From Eledone cirrhosa (taxonomy: Eukaryota), in the NCBI GenBank assembly GCA_964016885.1, contig OZ024751.1, forward strand, positions 22,010,001-22,074,000: a DNA stretch of 64,000 nt, given 5' to 3'. The notes under the pieces are model-generated. The model was given only the letters and a program-made list of their open reading frames with translations. It was not told the DNA's origin and made no database searches. Positions 57,169-64,000 of the stretch are shown piece by piece. Within the stretch, counting starts at the first letter, position 1; every line of letters starts with the position of its first letter. Both the position numbers and the translations under genes were made by a program.

Positions 57169-57465
57169 TTTATGTGTATATGTATTTGTATGTATACGTA
57201 CGTATGTATGTATATATGTGTGTATATGAGTTAAGTTGCATATTACCGAGCAATTACGTAAATGCATGTGTCCTAAAGTTTATTATCAATAAAATAAGAT
57301 GAATTAAAACATCGATCTGTTATTCTTGATATAAACCTTGTACAACTTTACTCAATAACAAATGGATGGCAGTATTAATCCGAATACCTACTTCAGGTAA
57401 ATGTAGGATTGTTGAGTTTGGTATCACCTATAGTACTTATTGCTGCTCAACAACCTGACAATATG

Positions 57466-57509
<44 letters not shown>

Positions 57510-57575
57510 TATCTATGCAACCTTATAGTTACTTCTTACTTGTGATTTATATATATATAAGTATATATATATAAA

Positions 57576-57612
<37 letters not shown>

Positions 57613-57697
57613 TATATGTATATATATATATAAGTATATATATATATATAAGTATATGTATATATATATATAAGTATATATATATATATATATATAA

Positions 57698-57730
<33 letters not shown>

Positions 57731-57838
57731 TATATATATATATATATATATATATAAGTATATGTATATATATATATATAAGTATATATATATGTATATA
57801 TATATATAAGTATATGTATATATATATATAAGTATATA

Positions 57839-57878
<40 letters not shown>

Positions 57879-58538
57879 TTATATATGTATGTATGTGTGT
57901 GTGTGCATGTTTGTATATATATATATATCTATTTATCTTTAACTGAACTGTATGTATGTATGTATGTATGTATGTATGTATGTATGTATGTATGTATAAC
58001 GTAGAATTTTATAAACACATAGATACACAGAAAGAGAGAAGTAACTAGACAAATGAAAGACTTCTATCAACATGTAATATCAATGGTCTCTTAAGATACC
58101 GAACTAAATGTGTATCACACTTGTTGAGAACGCCTGAGCTTTCCTAATGAAATTCCATCCAACGACAAAAGAACCGTTATATACATGGTATAAACGAAAA
58201 TGCATACCATTGTACATATGTATATGTATGTAATTATATATATATATATATAAACAGTATACAATATATATATATATAAACAGTATACAATAATACCGTG
58301 TTTATCTAATGGTTTCAATTGATGGTTGAATCAGTGACGAGTTCTATCGGCTTTAGAACAGATAAATTTCTGCTGTTAAATTATTTATCTGACGAAATCC
58401 ATTAGACTATATACAAAATATTTTTACACAATTTTCAATCATTTTCTATTTGCTCACCTTTATCTCCCTCTCACACTCTTTCTATCTATCTTTTTCTTTC
58501 TTTCTTTCAAACTTTCTTTCAAACTTTCTTTCTTTCCT

Positions 58539-58750
<212 letters not shown>

Positions 58751-59074
58751 ATACCACGTACTTTTTCTCAAAACCTTTTTTCCGTTTCTTCCTCTTCCCA
58801 TACTCTATCTTTCTCTTTCATCTTTTGTTTCTCATTCTATCTCTTGATGAAGGACTAGTATCCGAACCATAAAGGCTTATTTCCTACTATATAAAGTAAT
58901 ATATTTCCTCATTGTACTGTTTTGTTTGTTTTTTTAATTTCCGTTTACATTTGGGTGTGTGTGTGTGTGTATATATATATATTTAATACATATAGAAGCG
59001 AAAACCAACCAAACAGTGAGTGTGTTCTGTTATTAATTCTGGCAATATTACACAAATATGACCTCCCCAAGTAT

Positions 59075-59109
<35 letters not shown>

Positions 59110-60410
59110 AACCAGTAAGACCCCGACAGCTGAGCTCAAGCCGTTTCGACGGCTAATTCTGGACTAAATGAACATTTATCCTGGTATTTAAATAGCCGAT
59201 CTTCTCAAGGGGTAATTCCATATATGGTCAAAGTGATTGTCAAAAATCAGTAGTAATTCTGTGGTTGCAAATTAGTAGGGGAGATGGTGGCTAAACCTGC
59301 CAGTAGGAGAAAGAGGGGAGGGGGTGGAGTAGACCCAATCAAGCGTTGGTAGTGCCAGCTACAGCTGGGCATGAGGTCAAAGAAGATACAGGGGAGGGGG
59401 AGGGGGAGGAAGTCGGAACGGTAGGTAGAACAATGGGGGGTAAAAATAGGAAAGAAAAAATACTGAGAGTGAAGAAAAGCAAAAAAGTGTAAAGAAAAAA
59501 TTAAATTCTACGACCTAGGTGTCAGGCTATTGTTAGGCGAGAATAAAATAAAGAAAGAAAGAAAGAAGTAAATAAATAAATAAATAAATAAATAAGGAAA
59601 TAAGTAAAAGAACTAGGTGGGACGAATTAAGCAAGGACCCTTTTAAGAGGTATAAGTACGTAAATGATACGGTGACTGGTCAACAAAAGGGGCCAAAATA
59701 CTAAAGAGACTACCACGAAATAAACAATAAAGGTTTCCATCCCGGGCCAGCAACGACCCAGTGCAGCAAAGTGAACTTGTACGACATAATAATTCTGAGT
59801 CCCGGGAAAAATATATACTAATGCTAACTCTAAAAGATCTAAAACAAGCTACATGAAAGTTCGTACGAAATAAAGGTAGAATACGGAGAAATAAGTTCAG
59901 AATCCACCCCGCCCAGAAGAAAAGCGAAGCAAGAAATACTGAAACGAAAAAATAAGGCATAAGTGCCACTAAGAAATAAAGAGGGCACAGAAAATGGTGG
60001 GAGCGGTCGGAAAAGGGGGGCAAGTATCCGGGGTCTAAGCCAACTGCTATAAAGGGCGGAGTCCGCCAAATCTATCAAAGACTAGGGGAGGGGGGAGTGG
60101 GGGTACTAAGGCTACATGGGGCCAAAGGGCAGCCTCGGGTGGGCGAGAAAAGACGCCGACAAAGGAGAAGAGCTGGGGTAGAAGGACAAAGGAGAGAGGG
60201 GGGAAGGAAATAAAGGATGCGATAAAAGAATACAAAGAAGATCTTACGTCTTCCTTGGCAAGCAGGGGTTACCCATTGCAAAATCGGCAACTGGGGTGTT
60301 AAAGCCCTAGTCTACCCCCCCGGGTCATTATGGGGTTTGAGGGCGAGGTAAGTCCTACGCAATCTATGTTTACATGCAGTAACCAGTTCATCTTTCTTGT
60401 TTAGGAGTTG

Positions 60411-60539
60411 GTCCTGTTTTCGACGGACCAACTCCTAAACAAGAAAGATGAACTGGTTACTGCATGTAAACATAGATTGCGTAGGACTTACCTCGCCCTC
60501 AAACCCCATAATGACCCGGGGGGGAGACTAGGGCTTTAA
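60411..60539 (+). pseudogene. Extreme C-terminus of PLE endonuclease ORF at the palindrome centre
   Basis: VLFSTDQLLNKKDELVTACKHRLRRTYLALKPHNDPGGRLGL*, homologous to 44100-44276. Confidence 0.7.
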
Positions 60540-61622
60540 CACCCCAGTTGCCGATTTTGCAATGGGTAACCCCTGCTTGCCAAGGAAGACGTAAGATCTT
60601 CTTTGTATTCTTTTATCGCATCCTTTATTTCCTTCCCCCCTCTCTCCTTTGTCCTTCTACCCCAGCTCTTCTCCTTTGTCGGCGTCTTTTCTCGCCCACC
60701 CGAGGCTGCCCTTTGGCCCCATGTAGCCTTAGTACCCCCACTCCCCCCTCCCCTAGTCTTTGATAGATTTGGCGGACTCCGCCCTTTATAGCAGTTGGCT
60801 TAGACCCCGGATACTTGCCCCCCTTTTCCGACCGCTCCCACCATTTTCTGTGCCCTCTTTATTTCTTAGTGGCACTTATGCCTTATTTTTTCGTTTCAGT
60901 ATTTCTTGCTTCGCTTTTCTTCTGGGCGGGGTGGATTCTGAACTTATTTCTCCGTATTCTACCTTTATTTCGTACGAACTTTCATGTAGCTTGTTTTAGA
61001 TCTTTTAGAGTTAGCATTAGTATATATTTTTCCCGGGACTCAGAATTATTATGTCGTACAAGTTCACTTTGCTGCACTGGGTCGTTGCTGGCCCGGGATG
61101 GAAACCTTTATTGTTTATTTCGTGGTAGTCTCTTTAGTATTTTGGCCCTTTTGTTGACCAGTCACCGTATCATTTACGTACTTATACCTCTTAAAAGGGT
61201 CCTTGCTTAATTCGTCCCACCTAGTTCTTTTACTTATTTCCTTATTTATTTATTTATTTATTTATTTACTTCTTTCTTTCTTTCTTTATTTTATTCTCGC
61301 CTAACAATAGCCTGACACCTAGGTCGTAGAATTTAATTTTTTCTTTACACTTTTTTGCTTTTCTTCACTCTCAGTATTTTTTCTTTCCTATTTTACCCCC
61401 CATTGTTCTACCTACCGTTCCGACTTCCTCCCCCTCCCCCTCCCCTGTATCTTCTTTGACCTCATGCCCAGCTGTAGCTGGCACTACCAACGCTTGATTG
61501 GGTCTACTCCACCCCCTCCCCTCTTTCCTCCTACTGGCAGGTTTAGCCACCATCTCCCTACTAATTTGCAACCACAGAATTACTACTGATTTTTGACAAT
61601 CACTTTGACCATATATGGAATT

Positions 61623-61717
61623 ACCCCCTTGAGAAGATCGGCTATTTAAATACCAGGATAAATGTTCATTTAGTCCAGAATTAGCCGTCGAAACGGCTTG
61701 AGCTCAGCTGTCGGGGT
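61623..61717 (+). ncRNA. Type I hammerhead with UUGAGAA (U3-A8) core (mirror copy 59120-59213 on minus strand)
   Basis: Stem I cccc/gggg (acccc/ggggt in the mirror). TTGAGAA at 61629-61635. Stem II ga.cggcta...tagccg.tc. GAAA at 61690-61693. Stem III cggct...agctg around palindromic tgagctca. GUC at 61710-61712. Confidence 0.75.
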
Positions 61718-61809
61718 CTTACTGGTTCCTATTACCCACTCTACTACCTCAAGTATTGAGTACTTTGGTGCGTTATGGTCCACCTGGTTCCTTACCACAT
61801 TTCCTTCGT

Positions 61810-61843
<34 letters not shown>

Positions 61844-62000
61844 TAGATAAAAGGTGAAATTAGAAACAGCACGGAAAAAAACATTTAAGGATCTGTTTTT
61901 CCCTCTTTCTTCTTTGATTCGTCAAAGTAACATTATTGAATAAATGAGAGGAACAATTCTTAAAAAAAAAAGAGTTCTATAATGTATATAAGGTATATAA

Positions 62001-62048
62001 AATATAACCGGTTTCGATGTATCAATATGGATCATCTTATCAAATGTT
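62001..62048 (-). ncRNA. Minimal hammerhead with UUGAUAA (U3-A8) core
   Basis: Minus strand: aacat TTGATAA gatg...catc GAAA ccgg TT atatt. Confidence 0.65.
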
Positions 62049-62431
62049 GAATGTAATAATTAAAAAGAATAAACAATTTAAAATTAAAATTAAAAGTATT
62101 GAAACGGTCTGTTCATTTTTCTGAGAAACGACTTCTACAGGAATAGAACTGGTTCATTTTTTTGAAATCATCAGGCTACTAATGATTTTGACGTCTTAAT
62201 TACTAATTAATTATGTTAATTAGTATTTTCCCTTGTCAAATGAAACAGTATGGTATAACCAAATATTTGAAGTTAAAATTATACTTTTCTTTTAAAATGT
62301 ATTTTTGCTTGCAATGTTTACTTTTAATATACTAATTGCACCTTAATATAATTTGCATAAATGAAGCTCTACTAATATAGTTTTTAGTCTGTAATTGTAT
62401 TGCGCTATTTTTTAAGATGTAATATGATTGA

Positions 62432-62466
<35 letters not shown>

Positions 62467-62642
62467 TTGTGTTTGTGTCTATATTATATCTGTATTTTTG
62501 ACCGTTGGTCAGTCAATGGTAAACATTGTGGATCGAATAAATTAACTGATATAAAAGATACAGAAGCGAAAACCAACCAAACAGTGAGTGTGTTCTGTTA
62601 TTAATTCTGGCAATATTATTACAACAATATGACCCTCCCCAA

Positions 62643-62695
<53 letters not shown>

Positions 62696-63003
62696 AACTA
62701 CAAAAACAAAGACGGTTGAACTGCCTTACGTTGAGTACTCTCTATATTATTGCATTACGATTGACCATACGGAATAGACCAGCTCTATACAGTGGTAAAC
62801 CTCAAACCTGAATAAATATATATATATATATATATTTCGTTTCTGAATTTGTTTAGCAAGATTCTTTATCTGAAAACGTGTGTTGAAACCGATATTGTTA
62901 TACTTTGGGAGGGTCTTATTGGCAACATGACCCTCCCAAAGTATAAATATATATATATATATATAAACATATAGACATATATCTAGCTATCTATCTGTCT
63001 ATC

Positions 63004-63034
<31 letters not shown>

Positions 63035-63093
63035 ACATATGTAGAAACATATAGACTATATATATATAGTCTATATGTTTCTACATATGTATG

Positions 63094-63129
<36 letters not shown>

Positions 63130-63152
63130 TATATATAGTCTATATGTTTCTA

Positions 63153-63229
<77 letters not shown>

Positions 63230-63298
63230 GTATATATATATAATTTCGTTGACAAGTATATCAATGTGCCCAAACAGGCAGATATATTGCCCATGATA

Positions 63299-63346
<48 letters not shown>

Positions 63347-63348
<2 letters not shown>

Positions 63349-63499
63349 CGAAGGAAATGTGGTAAGGAACCAGGTGGACCATAACGCACCAAAGTACTCA
63401 ATACTTAGGGTAGTAGAGTGGGTAATAGGAACAAGTAAGACCCCGACGGCTGAGCTCAAGCCGTTTCGACGGCTAATTCTGGACCAATTCTTACTTGTT

Positions 63500-63502
<3 letters not shown>
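63347..63502 (-). mobile_element. Short family-A copy with 15-bp inverted arm
   Basis: Reverse complement of 61672-61810 plus tcttacttgttcct fold-back. (TA)n flanks. Confidence 0.85.
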
Positions 63503-63540
<38 letters not shown>

Positions 63541-63542
<2 letters not shown>

Positions 63543-63981
63543 AAAGTTATATTTAAAATTGTTGGGTTACAACTAGTAAATATTTATAACTGATATAAAA
63601 GCACTCGACAAATATTTGGAGTATATTTACAATATTAAATAAATGGAAACTATATTTATAAAACCATATCTATTTCATTATATATATTTCGGGGATATCA
63701 TATTAACAATATGTTATGCCTTCCTCAGACAAAATACAATATAAACAGTTTTATAGATAAATAGATTCGACATACCGTTATAACACCGACTTGCATTTGA
63801 AGAGAACCTCTTCAAATGCAAGTCGGTGTTATAACGGTATGTCGAATCTATTTATCTATAAAACTGTTTATATTGTATTTTGTCTGAGGAAGGCATAACA
63901 TATTGTTAATATGATATCCCCGAAATATATATAATGAAATAGATATGGTTTTATAAATATAGTTTCCATTTATTTAATATT
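63541..63981 (-). mobile_element. Fold-back PLE-like element with ~174-bp perfect arms
   Basis: 63631-63804 is the reverse complement of 63808-63981 (loop aac). HHR: ttttgt CTGAGGA(63884) ...catatt-gtt-aatatg... GAAA(63922) tatata TA atgaaa. Minus-strand tail 63541-63630 has TCGAGTGC. Confidence 0.85.
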
Positions 63982-64000
63982 ATATATATATATATATATA

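Larger units (their letters stand above)
59107..61810 (+). mobile_element. 2.6-kb near-perfect palindrome: family-A PLE 3' region with inverted duplicate and 3' tail
   Basis: 59107-60414 is the reverse complement of 60425-61730 (mirrored ORF pairs in the track), with a 10-nt loop. Tail 61733-61810 has TTGAGTAC. (TA)n flanks. Confidence 0.92.

Noticed and set aside
59643-61210. Pairs of identical ORFs on opposite strands (also 6763/6804, 39414/39609, 56768/56959)
   Set aside because: By-products of the palindromes. They lie in UTR-like sequence and have no recognisable motifs.

Overview
This is AT-rich, microsatellite-saturated eukaryotic non-coding DNA. The tRNA-derived SINEs with a Nin/Deu-like core, plus the (TA)n/(CA)n/(TATG)n load, suggest an invertebrate, most plausibly an octopus or other cephalopod (inference). 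I cannot support any host gene, and nearly all listed ORFs are simple-repeat artefacts. The real coding relics are a decayed Penelope-like element (PLE) reverse transcriptase (~9.9-10.6 kb), a 5'-truncated RLE-type LINE C-terminus inserted in (CATA)n (43.0-43.7 kb), two PLE endonuclease C-terminal stubs (44.1 kb, 60.4 kb) and a possible hAT dimerisation stub (3.87 kb). The main hidden structure is a set of about 8 sequence-unrelated fold-back insertions in (TA)n with one shared architecture: (TA)n - inverted arm - junction - sense arm carrying a minimal type I hammerhead ribozyme (HHR) - unpaired 3' tail containing YGAGTRC - (TA)n. The largest is a 2.6 kb palindrome. More than 15 HHR or HHR-like motifs were read by eye. 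They include recurrent U3-A8 and U4C core variants and a tandem array of eight ~60-nt HHR-like units at 34.8-35.3 kb. All folds were paired manually; none was computed or tested.
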